From contig DF237138.1 in the NCBI GenBank assembly GCA_000708835.1, forward strand, positions 91,868 through 155,867: a DNA stretch of 64,000 bases, given 5' to 3'. The DNA comes from Klebsormidium nitens (lineage: Eukaryota > Plantae > Klebsormidiophyceae). Below the pieces are notes generated by a model, which saw nothing but the letters and a program-made list of their open reading frames with translations, searched no databases and had not been told where the DNA came from. This document shows, piece after piece, positions 50,001 through 61,493 of the stretch (its first letter is position 1; each line of letters starts with the position of its first letter). The position numbers were made by a program, and so were the translations under genes.

Positions 50001-51815
50001 TCTCTTACGAGAGCAAAGGCCAGCGCGTGTACTGCCCGTTCATTCGATAACGCTGCAACAAAATCGCACGGAAAAGGCTTGGCATAATCGTGGCAGTCGA
50101 AAAATCCACCTCAAGTCTGATCGCATTCTGCGGAACGCCAAAGAGAGTATGCGAGTTCTGAAAAGATGCAACAAGGTGCTTCTCGTTCCCAGTTCTGCCA
50201 TCGCCTGACGCTATTGTGCAGCCCCCGCGACCTCGGTACCGGCTCCTGAGCCCAAGAAGAGCCCGGCGAAGGGCGTGGACCATCGGACGGCGCCCGTTGT
50301 GGAGCAGGCCCAGATCGACGGCCAGACGGTCGCCGGTGAGGCTTGGAAAAAACTGCAATTTCTCGAAAAGTGGCGATCTTTGAAACTGAAATGCTTCTCC
50401 GCATCAAGACACCAACGCCGCAGAGCTCCAAAACGCGCGCGTGGCCGCAAATTGGACCAGGAGCCCCCCTCCATTCGGCGCCGCTGGACAAGTGCCCTCG
50501 ACGCGAGCGCGCGGGTCTCGCGCGCTTTCCTGACGGGCTCCCGTGGCCGTTCGACTACGCCCTGTTCTCTCGACGGCTTGTCTCGAATTGAATCGGGCGA
50601 AAGCTTCAAGCACGCTCATGATCACGACCTGGGAAGTTTCGTTGCCGCCGCTCCTCCGGCAAGTAGGGCGATGTTAGAGCACCTCGGACTGCGCCGCGTC
50701 ATGGCGCCGGTTCGTGTCGCTTGCGCGGCCGCCCGCAAAACCCTGCGCTTTCGCTTAATTTATTTACCGTGCTACTCCATAACTCGCGGCCGCGTTCAAT
50801 CGAGCGGCAATAGCAACCCGGCCGCGGAATGTGCGCTGCGCGATCCGCAGAGGCGCTCATGCGGCTATATGCTAAACTTTCTTGACTTGTTTTGCAGTAC
50901 GCCCCTGCAAGCGAGCACCGCGCGAGCCGCTAAAGGCGCTCATGCCGCTAGCGTGTGCTAACCCGAGCTTGCTTCCTCTGTCATGCAGTTCGCCGCCGCT
51001 CGAGCGCCGCGGAGCTGGAGCGCGAGCGCGCGCTGCGCGAGCGGCTGGAGGCGCTCAGCCAAGGGACACCGCTGAGGAAGCTGAATCGGCGGAGCAAGGG
51101 GGACAAAGTCCGGACATATTGGGTGGAGAAGGACGGTCCGAACAAGGTGGGACTGTAAACACAATTACGATGTTCCCAGGTTTTGGTCTGAGAGAAGTCC
51201 GATCGGAAAGGTCTGTGCGTTTTGCAACCGGCGCGCACTAGCACTCCGGGTTCGCAGCATCCAATAGAATTGGTCTACTCGGTAAGTTTGTAAGTGGGCA
51301 AGTTGCCAGGTGATTTTCGTGTACAACCGCCTTGGGCCTCTGGACTTCGTAACGAAGGCAACGCAGAAGTTGAAGAAGTGCGGCTGTCCACATAAATACC
51401 TTGACCTATAACCGCACCACTTCTCTTCAAAGCAGCGTTTTAAGGCATCAAGGGACTTCGAAGAAGAAAGGCATAGGAGATTGACACAACGACTGTCTCT
51501 AGAAGGCAGCGCAATAATCGAGAGGTTCATTGGAAAGCTGTTCAGTTGATAAAGGGTTTGGATCTTTGACACTTCGCTGACCTGCAGGTTCTCCTTTGCT
51601 GGAAGTCGGGCGTTCTTGTGAAGACGGTCAAGTCCGTGGAGCTCGCGGCCGCGCCCACGGTCGTAACGCCCGCGAGCGGCGGGCCGGTGCTGATAAGCCT
51701 CCAAACCTCGAGCGGCCGCGATCTGACTTTGGAGGCGCCTATCGACAGGGACCAGTTCAAGCTTTGGACAGAGGGGCTCGGAGGCATAGTGGAAGACTCG
51801 TCCACTAAAAGTTAG
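44017..51815 (+). CDS. Large low-complexity/disordered protein with internal repeats and a C-terminal coiled coil plus PH-like domain, ~1478 aa
   Basis: Exons 44017-44185 (tentative), 45035-46821, 47660-49640, 50222-50335, 50989-51146, 51588-51815 join in frame. The C-terminus LSQGTPLRKLNRRSKGDKVRTYWV...VLLCWKS...LISLQTSSGRDLTLEAPIDRDQFKLWTEGL fits the PH-fold pattern (beta strands then a terminal helix with W). Confidence 0.72.
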
Positions 51816-54156
51816 TTCATAGACCTGATGCGCACGCCTGTCCTTGATGGCCGTTTTGCTCATCTAAGCAGCTGCATGCGACTCGTCAACGGATAGCCTT
51901 GTTTGTTCTATAGTATATTGCATGTTACAAGATTGCTTTCAAACATTACAATAGATACCGGAAGCCTCTTGACCCAACCTGTGAGTATGATTATTTAGCC
52001 TAGAGTATAGGGGGACACAATCATGTTATACTTATGATAGCATGCCAGCACCTGAGGTTATCGGTTTCAGTTCAGGCGCGAGCACCATATGTCTTGAGGT
52101 TTTAGGGGGCGTATCGTTTCATGGTGGTATTCGCTCATGTGAATCATAGAAAAACGGTGCCCTGAGTTGCTGAACGACTGGGGAAGTTGCGCTTGCAAGG
52201 TATACGTAGCTTCTCAAGTAAGTCTGCTTTTCTTTCGCCACCTTGTCTTTTCACACAAACCTTTGGTAGGAAGCTTAGATGAACCATGCAGATTAGTTAG
52301 GCCACCGCAATGATTGATTCACAATTGGCGCGGCGTCCTTCCGACGAGGTGTGTCAAATAGGTCGTCTGGTAAAACGAACCTAATAAGAGTCAAATCGAT
52401 TGAAGCGTTTGCGTGCGGCAATTTTGTTGATCACTACCCAAGGCAGGGATGGACAGCAAAGTCGATAGTGCATGGTAGACAGCAAGAACTTGACCGTGAT
52501 GACAGGATTCGTCATGCAAGCAATAATGGGTTTACAATCATTGAATGAGGGCCGCGAATTGCAATGCATGCGCTGATATAGCAATCTGGCAGAGCGCGAG
52601 AGATGGAATACGTGTTAAGTTCTTGTGCCTGCATGTTCGGAGTTCTAAAGGAACTGCAATAAGGACGTTCCCCGATTGACAGAGCGCATGATCAACGTAC
52701 GTGACGTCACTACAACACCGCACACGCCGGCTCTACGCTCTCATGTGGAAGTCATGATTCGAGGCACGTCACGGTGGACCCGCGCCACAGGAAAACGTTA
52801 AAAGAGGCTTACAGAAGGTTCAACGGTTAGCTACAACATAATTGGAAGAGCTCGGTAGGCCATTTTCAGCGCGCCAAACTGTGTCCGACCGATGACTCTC
52901 TTGATACATCTCTTAGTCGGCTCAGAATTACTAGGATGCAAGGTGGGCCATTTGTAAAACAAACACATTGCAGCGGAATTATTAACGACTCCAGCAATTT
53001 TCACTTAAATAGGTATAGCCGGGTTGCATGCCAGACTGAGACACGATCAGCACTGAGGCACGGGCGGAAGCGATTGACTTAAAGCCTCAAGTTGAGGCTT
53101 GTCAACGTACGTCGCCGACTGACAAATGCACTACATGAGAAAGACGGTTTGCGCATATAGGCGGCCGACGGTATACCTAGAGACGGTCACATCATTACAC
53201 ATCTATCTGGGCTTGTTCCGAAAATTACTGTGGCATCAGGGAAGTTCAGGATGCAGACAATCATTCGCTACTTCGTGGCTGACGGTGCGAGGCAATGAAT
53301 GAGTCCAACTCCTTGCAAAATGCATGATTGGTTGGACGCGGTACAAAATCTCTGAAATATGATTTGTGACAATTTGAATTAGAGATGTTGGTCCGAACTA
53401 GAATGAAAGGTGCTTAAGCTAATGCTAAATGTACGAAGGTCCAAAATCCATTAGCAACATGTACGCTTATTGTTCAGCAAGACTCTGTCCTTTGACAAGG
53501 AAGACAAAACAAGTGTCCTTGCTTATCGGGGTCAATTTTGTGAAAACTACTGTCAGTGTTAGTTTCTGTTTCTAGAATGACGTTTAAGTATCGTATATAG
53601 TCTTACAGATTGCAAGCCTCCACTGAACTAAGAAACAAAGGCCCGCAGGCATTCCTCCGGCGGGAGGTTTTCATCAAGGTTTTCATCAACAAGACTCAGG
53701 CTGTACCCTACCGTCTATACATGGCTTTCCAAACGCGTGAACAAGGCAGTCCTAACCTTCAACCACCACAGCAAACTTACCGCCCTCTTCTGTGGACGGA
53801 TCGATCAAAGCCTCGTTTCTCTTACAGACTCGACCTACCCGCTAATGACAGCTATCATTTGGCCTCGGGTTCTGGCGCCAGACCTTTACAAGGTGAACGC
53901 GAGCTAAGAACCTGGGAACCCCGGTTTAGGAGTAGTCCCATGACTGAATCGAAGGGCCGTTGAAACTTAGGTTGAGCAAGGCCCTTCACTTGCGTTCAAT
54001 GTGCTCCTGCATGGAAAATTTTGGCCCGGTCAGGATCGTTCTCAAGGGAGTCAAAGAAGGCGCTGAAGTTGCAGCAATCCGACTCCGAAACTGGCAACGA
54101 ATATTGAAATCTTGTCATCAACGATCTCAGACCTGTTGGAACGATCTCAGATTGTT

Positions 54157-57100
54157 CTACGAGTATTCAACGACCAGGACTGCAGAAAAAGCGCTCGATT
54201 CAGCCTGCAAAAAAGGCCAGGATGTTCCGTATTAGATTGAGTCTACAGATCACTCACCGCGAACGTGCTGAGCTTTTCCGAGACGTCCGCAAAACCGTTC
54301 GACACCATGTACCTCGTCTGGAAACCAGGTTTGTGCCTCATAGGGGGGAGCCTGGAGAGACAAGTGCACATCCTCAGTCGCAAACACAATGTCAAGAGTG
54401 AAGGTTCGACAGCATACGGTACAACGGTGTAAGATAACCATAAAGTAGCCAATCAGGTACTTCTGATTGCAAAAGAGCGAAGTCGCCGCTCGACAGCGCC
54501 TATCTATGAGCAGGAGAAGCTCGAGTTTATCTGGCTCCTATTGCGAACTCTCAACAACATTTAAGCACAGAGCTAGTTGCAGATGAGCGCTTACGTTATC
54601 CGGGGGTCTCCGAGGGCTCTAAACCGAGGCATGACTCCCTCGTGGCCGTCTCTCATGTAGGCAAGCTCGCCGAAGCTGGAGAGGAGGCCGGCTCCAAACG
54701 CCTTCATCTGGTTGTCTTCCTCGATAACGCCAAACTCACAAGTGTACCTGGAATTAGTCAGAGATGTCTCAGAATGAGCAGACTGAAAGGTAAAGGGGCG
54801 AGCAGCAAGAAACAAAATCGAGGCAATTTACAGCAGATCAAACCAAGGAAACAGAGGTATATCTTGCTGGTAATGAGGATATTCAGAATAGATATGTCTA
54901 GCACAGCGAAAACTGAAGAAACTCCAACTGGACATTCTGTACCCGACTCTTTGCTGCTTTCGAAGAATCTTCTCACGATGTCAACATTGTATACTTGGCA
55001 GGAAGAGCGCCCTGCAATCGTGGCAAAGCGGCCTGAAAAAGGCTAACCATAGTTATCGAAAGAAAGAAAGTCTGATTCCTCACCAGAAGAGCCTTGTCAG
55101 CTGTACAAACTCTTCGTTCGTAGCACCCAGGGAGGCTTGGCCGATGGCCTGTACCATGTCCGAAAATTCGGGGTCCAAAAACATGGGTGCGTGTCCAATC
55201 AACCTGCAAAAGAGAGGAGCAACAGAGGGGAGTCAGAAGGGTGATCTTTGGCAGTCGTGTGGATTGCAAATTGTTGGGTTGATGACCAAACCGTGGTTCC
55301 TAAGTGAAGTACGCTGCTCGATGAGCATCCTCTCTGGAAGCAAAGAGCATCTGAAATGTAGCGAGCACCTATGAACGGGGCCAATCAATCAACTTATAAT
55401 TGCGTCAAAAACGTTAAGCACTTACTAATTTACAGCTCCATATTCTCGAAGCTCCATGGAGAACAACTATTTCTTATCAGAGTTCTGTGTTCCGAGAGCT
55501 CCATCTTCCTCAAACCGACGATCATCAGGAGCTCTGTATTCCGAGACCTTCATGTTCGTCAGACAGTGTCAGAAATGTAGGCAAAAGGTGAGCCCTTATG
55601 CTTAGGGTCAAAGAAATGACTCACTCGTGACACAGGTCGGGTTCCGGAGAGTACATTGGCTGTGAGTGGTGGCGAACGTATTGGGTGCAGTGGAAGATCT
55701 TGAAGGCCATGGAGCCGATGAAGTCACGGGGATCCATAAGGCCTGCCACAGGGCGGATCCTCCAGCCTGTCTGCTGGTACATGACTGCACTCACGTCTTC
55801 CAGCTGAGGGATAGCGTTGGGCCTGCACGCAACAGCACAAGGTGATCAGATGCAAGACAAGCATTGATTTTGCAAGGCGAGGCAGCCAAGTCTTGATGCT
55901 TGCTCTCCACGAGCCTGACAGCAGATCAATGACATCTAAAGGCATCACACAAGGCTCGACAAGGACGGCAGGGAGGAGTCTGAGTTGGCATCTGCCATAC
56001 CTGAAATCGAGCTTCTTCACAGCAGCGTTGTATTTGGAGGAAGCATGGGTGGGGTGCAACTCGCGAAGCTTGTTCAAGACCGTGGTCCAAACGTAGGTCT
56101 CTTCAGGGGAGTAGTCAATTCGGGGGATGGGTCGACCACTGCAACAAAGTAGCGAAGGCATTCTTCGATTGGTTCATATGATGGGACGAAGCTGCCATGG
56201 CTTTTGAAACAACGGACTCACGGGGATGACATAGTAACGGATGGTCGACAGGGCAGCATGAAAGGACAAGATCGGCAGCAAGAATGCCAAGAACGAGAAA
56301 AAGTGAGGGCTTCCATTCACAGCCGAAAGGAAAAAGTAACTGAATCTGGCTTCAGAGAACGACTGCAAGGCAAGTGCAAATGCAGACGCTATTACTGTGG
56401 CACCAGCATCACAAAGTGATCGTATGTGAGACTGCGGGCGGAAGAGGAGTCGGATGCCGAGCTGGCTCGCTTACAACTTGTGGTTGCGCGCAATGGTTGC
56501 AAGCTCCCGCCGTCGACGAACGTACTTTTCATCATTGAAGCCCTGTGCGAATCAACCAAAAAAATAATTAGTTCGAAGATCTAAGTTCGATCGGATTTCT
56601 AGATTCTTCCTCAATCTCGGAAGTTGATCACAGCCAGTCGAGGTCCCATGAACCCTCATAATGTCAGGATGACGACAAGGGACCTAAGCAGAATACAGAG
56701 GACAGTTGATTACAAATTACAGTTGATTACAGTCGAAGGGGATCCTCATCGGAGGATGCACGATGCAGAAACTTTGCTTTACGATATGATTCGTACATAC
56801 GAAGATTTTGCGAAAGTCGAGGCTTCCTGATGCATTTTAAAGGGGAGATGCAAGAGGGGATGGCGATGAGATCTGGCTTGCAAGAGGACTGGAAGGATCG
56901 AGACTCACAGGATGGTCGGATGGGAGGTTCTGGTCGTCCACCAAGAGGTTGTCGAACCTGTTGATAAAGTCGTGGAGGGTGGGAAGGCTGCGGCGTTGTG
57001 GAAGAAGAGTGTCTTCCAGGTAAGAGAAGCAGGGGGAGGTAGTGCTGGCCTGCTCTAGTTGTTGGGACGCCGGTCGTTCCAAGACAGGGGCTGCAAGAGA

Positions 57101-57883
57101 AGGAAAACATTCGCTCCTGAGCTGACATGTTGCAACGAAAACAAGGAGTCCTAGATTGCAACAGCGTTACAGAAACAGCTGTCTGCCAACAGGTCCCTGG
57201 TGATGCAGACCTCGGGGAGCTGTGTCCCTGGTGAAGGTGTGGGAACCACCAACAACATCACTCTGAAACCTGCTGTATGAAGACCTCCTGATGATTACAT
57301 TCCTTCCTGCCAAGATCTCGTTCCTCTCCTCCTTCAAATCGACCTCTGAATCTGACAAGGGGAAGCAATGCGACTTTCCTCAAATGTTTCCAGTACAGTC
57401 TGCTAGAGAGCTTCAAATCGACTAAGCAGAGTTCAAGCTAGACTTGAAGTTGTTGCTAATTTAGCATAACAAGTGCTGGATGTGACTTGTGGAGTTGTCA
57501 ACTTACAGGCTGTTGCAGAGGTTGCGACAGGCCCAATGGATTGGGAGGAGGCATCCGCCAGGCCAGAGAGGGAGGGCAGCTTGGGGCTGAGGTCAGAATG
57601 ACTGGGCCCCACTGCCTGCAAGCAATATCGAGATGGTGTCAAAAGCTGGTTGATAGATGGGAATTTCTCTACCAGCAACCGAAATAACAGCCTAGCATGT
57701 TCTTCTGCAGCTAGTGGACCCTTCTTGGAAACATCATCCCGGATCTCACAGTACCTTGAGGTGAGTCCTAGTCACTGAAACTGGAGTTGTAGTTTCTGGC
57801 GCGCATGGCTGATTGATGTCCACTAGAACCAAACTTGGAATTCTTTCATGATTGGGGGCTTTTAGACCCAACAAAGTGACCAT
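54157..57883 (-). CDS. PAH: Phenylalanine hydroxylase (aromatic amino acid hydroxylase, ACT-less plant/algal type), ~412 aa; 5' exons tentative
   Basis: Exons 57883-57755 and 57615-57507 (tentative), 57090-56909, 56542-56475, 56138-56001, 55822-55625, 55203-55084, 54747-54595, 54351-54258, 54204-54157 (tentative). Motifs: [38 protein letters not shown] (Fe ligands), EFG (Fe-ligand Glu), [14 protein letters not shown]. Confidence 0.92.
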
Positions 57884-59389
57884 TTTCCAGACCTCGCATC
57901 ATGACACATTCAACCATGCAAGAGCGCGCACCTCTGAATTCCAGACTGCAAGATCTGACTTTTCAACATCATTCTTTGGCTGATCAAGTTACAAGTCTGG
58001 TGGGGCTTCCCAAGGTGGGGGTGTCCGCTTGGCTCAAGTTTGTCAGCAGCGGGAGAGCTTCATTGGCGGACTGATTACAGGGATTGTGCTTCCCAACTGT
58101 CCAAAAGGTGATTGCTTACTTGGTGAGAACTGCCCTGACGGAGAAGCGCCTGTGCCACACGCGGTTTAACATGGCGAGCTGGAACAGTGGCAGGAGTTGG
58201 AAGCTTGTGGATGTCTCTAGATAGCCTGCAATTGAAAGAGATGTGCACTTAGCACAAGGACACTTTTCCACAGCTTCAATCAGAGGTGAGATCTGCTTCG
58301 CGCCCAGCCTTTCTTCAGACCCCAAGCTTTTCCACAGTCGCAAAGGAGGGAGCGACTGCGAGACTTCTACTGTTACCATGCTGCAGAAGAGTTGCCATAC
58401 TAAGTTGTTAGCAGAGATGCTTCTAGCATGTTCAAGATCTTACATCTGGTTTGCTTGTTTTGGCTTACAAGAGGACTCACCTTTCCACATCAGAGCCCAG
58501 AACACTTGCCTTGCCGAGAAAAGGCTTTGGCAGAGCAACTGTCAAACCCCTTGAGGATGCCATGTCTCCCTGCAGCACCCGACTATAATTTCAGACTTCA
58601 TGAACCAAAGGCAATGAGGTTCACTGGGAGACCAATTTACAAACATATGCCCATACCATGCAGATGTCGCCAACTTTCAGGGTATATTTCACGTGTGGGG
58701 GCCCTTAAGTCCATGTTACCAGATCTTCCTGATGACTTTTCCTCCTAAACTTCATGGCTAGAGGTGGTGCCTGGAGACAATGACAGATCTAGCTCTCGCC
58801 CTTCCCTTATGCCTGTGAGCGTTGACACCAGTCTGAGGACAATTCTGCTCATCATGTTGTCCTTGAATGAGCAACAAGGGCTCAGCATTGCATTCCTGAC
58901 ATGAAAACTTTCACAGATGTTGTAGAGTAGAACTCCCGCCTTCAAAATCTCGTTACAGTGCAATGCTGACTTCCAGGATCCCATGCAGTGTTTAGAAGGT
59001 GGCACGACCATAGATCTTGGCCCATATCGTATTTGGGCAGCCAAATTCTTATGCTAGCAGGACAGCATTGTCATTGCCTTTCACTCACCGGGTTAGATAT
59101 CCACGGTCAGAATTGGCACCTTTGTAGCCGCAATCAGGAGGCCAGGATGCCCTGCAGATCCTCAAGCTTAGCTTGTTGCAGCCTTAGCTCTAATTGCCAG
59201 AATGTGGTCAGCTTCGTTGTTGTCGTGATGACTGAAGGTGGCTAGCTAGCGGGTTGCGCTTGAGGATCGGGCGCGCTGCTAGCTGTTTCTCTCTGGGGGC
59301 TGAATGTCTCAGGAGGTTGACGCTGTAGGTCGGGCCTTGCCGAGCTGGGCAAACTCAGGGGCCCGAAGGGAATGCCGGCAATTTCTGCC

Positions 59390-59396
59390 TTATATA
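59390..59396 (-). promoter_or_regulatory. Candidate TATA box (TATATAA) for PAH
   Basis: Minus strand cctatataagg, with a strong donor ccg|gtgagt ~300 nt downstream (59089) suggesting a 5' UTR exon. Inference only. Confidence 0.3.
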
Positions 59397-60179
59397 GGTA
59401 TGCCTATCTTCAGCAGCCATGATCCCTCTGCAACACTGGAAAGAGCCTGACCTTCCGATCAAGCCTGATTCGTGAGTTGAAGGCTCATGTTGACCGCTGG
59501 AGATTCCATTATGTGATGAGTGGGCGGTAGAGTTTCCACTGCGTTCGTCTTGTAAGCAGCACGGCTGCCAGTAAAACTCCCCTCGTAATCTGCCACCATT
59601 ATGATGGCAGTTTAATACGGTAGGTAATGCTAGCCATTTGTTTTTCTGGCCGTTTCGAGCGTCAGACATACTGACAGAATATAAGAGGGAGCTGCTATTT
59701 AAAAGCAAACTTAATGCCCGCAAAACCCGTTACGAAGGGGTGATCCTAAGTACCGTAGTACTACGATCTTCTGCGAGGCAGTCCCTTGCTTCATAGTACC
59801 CCCCCGTTAAATGCTCCACTGTCAGAGCCCCTATAGCTAGAGCCAAACCTGAAGAGAATCTAGGTAGCTAGCTTGCGTGAGCAGAACAAAATAGCTATAG
59901 GTATTCAAATGTGAGCAGGCGTACAGTGTGCAATACGTACGGTGCTCTGACAGTCTCCGGAGTGGGGCAAGAAGTACGGAAGGTTCGTGGATTCTGGAAT
60001 CCAGACTCCGAGACTCAGAGCTAGCTACGGTAGAGCCAGATGGATTTTAGGCAACTAAGGGTCGGTCACTGTACCTACCGTACAAGGGTACGTAACACTG
60101 TAGGCACTACAGTTGGACAGTCTAGGTACCTAGCTGGGAACGCTTCTTCAGTTAGTATAAATTTCTTGTGTCTTAACTG

Positions 60180-60297
60180 TTGAGATTGGCGCCCGGGAAA
60201 CGGTTTCGGTTAGGTCAGTGGTTACCGTTGTGGGAATTAGGGTACGAGGTAAGTTACTGTTTGGTTTAGGGTTCTGGTTAAAGGTGCCCCGGTAACT
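60180..60297. repeat. Diverged, armless copy of the MITE core
   Basis: agattggcgcccggg...gtggtta...tttagggttctggttaaaggtgccccggtaactc aligns with agataggcacccggg...gtggtta...gttaggtttttagtttgaagtgcccggttgactc (14654-14764). The middle aligns only weakly. Confidence 0.45.
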
Positions 60298-60684
60298 CAA
60301 GCCTCAGGTCAGAAGTCCGTTAGGTCACATGATATTTACCTACCGCAATTGCCGGTAGGTTCACTCCAGTACCAGTCTGTTCCGACTGTACGTGTTGACT
60401 GTGTTCCTGCTGATTATGACCTTCGAGCAGTTGCAATTAATGCAGGAGACTGGTCGAGCACTGTCTCATAAGCTATTCAATGACGTCGATGAGAACGGGC
60501 ACCTGACGTCAGTCCAATTCAGGCCGACTTAGAACAGCAGACGGTAACGGTCGGACGGGGCCGGCCCCCCTGGGGCCTGAGCTGAGCCTGTCCGACATGA
60601 CTTTTCCTACGCATGTGGGTCGGGAGTCGGTCGGAAGTCGTGGTCCATGGAGCAGGAAGCGGACGGTGGGCCGTGGCCGGAGAT

Positions 60685-61026
60685 CAGTGCCCCGGGACTC
60701 CGGGAGGGCGGGTGTGGAGAATAGCGTATAGAACTCGATCTCAGGTTCCAAATCTCGGGACATTCTGGATCTCAAGAAAAAAAACGTAGGGGGTCCGGTT
60801 CTGTCCAGGATTGAACCCCCCTTGAAGTTTCTACGTGTTTCACACGATCATTGAGTCGCCCGGTGACATTCATTCAGACGAGCGAGGCCGTTCGATGCGA
60901 TTCTGAGGGCTGAGAGTCTTTGTTCGCGCCCGGTGGGACAGGTGTCGTCGGTGCCGAAATCGGGGACGTTTCCTGAGATTCAGAATTCATACGCTATATT
61001 CCACACCCGCCGCCCCCGGTGCACTG
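60685..61026. repeat. Imperfect ~60-bp inverted repeat enclosing ~225 bp
   Basis: cagtgc..ggcgggtgtggagaatagcgtatagaactcgatctcagg (60685-60745) versus the reverse complement of 60972-61026, cagtgc..ggcgggtgtggaatatagcgtatgaattctgaatctcagg. Confidence 0.7.
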
Positions 61027-61493
61027 CGCGGTTTACAACAGGGCCCGGGCAGCAGCCGGAAGCCTGCGCCCGCTTGCAGCTAGCTAGTACCGGTAGGTTG
61101 AAAGTTCCCCGGGAAGTTTGTGAGCGTCGGGCCGGCCGCACCAATCAGAAGTTCCCAAGGCCTGGTCATCGACGACGCCTGTAACTTCTAAAACTTCTCC
61201 GTTGACTCATCGGATGGCTGAGAGAACTTCTCCGAACTTCTCATGAAACATCTCCGCATTTGTCGCTGATCATCGGACGGAGCAAGTAACTTTGGCCAGG
61301 ACCCGCGAACATTGCGCCAGCATGGCACATCTGGCGATAGAGGAAACTTCAATCTTTGATCGAACGACTCAATTTGAAAGATGATTCAAGAAACAAGATA
61401 CTGAGCCTGATCAGCATTTGAAAGGTTGGACAGGGTCAAACTTTCAAAGGGGAAGCAGCATTGGCTAGCAGGGAGCAAAGATAACAGCCAAGA

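Noticed and set aside
57210-57352. Possible extra in-frame PAH exon ([11 protein letters not shown]...DTAPR)
   Set aside because: Phase-compatible, but the donor (GTCTGC) is weak and there is no homology support. Left out of the model.
59740-60140. Tract rich in GTAC/CTAG/AGCT tetramer palindromes
   Set aside because: No periodicity or longer structure could be defined by eye. It may be ordinary decayed repeat DNA.
60949-60967. ggtgccgaaatcgggga and tggcgcccg (60187) as tRNA primer-binding sites of an LTR element
   Set aside because: No TG...CA LTR pair, polypurine tract or gag/pol ORF is associated with them.
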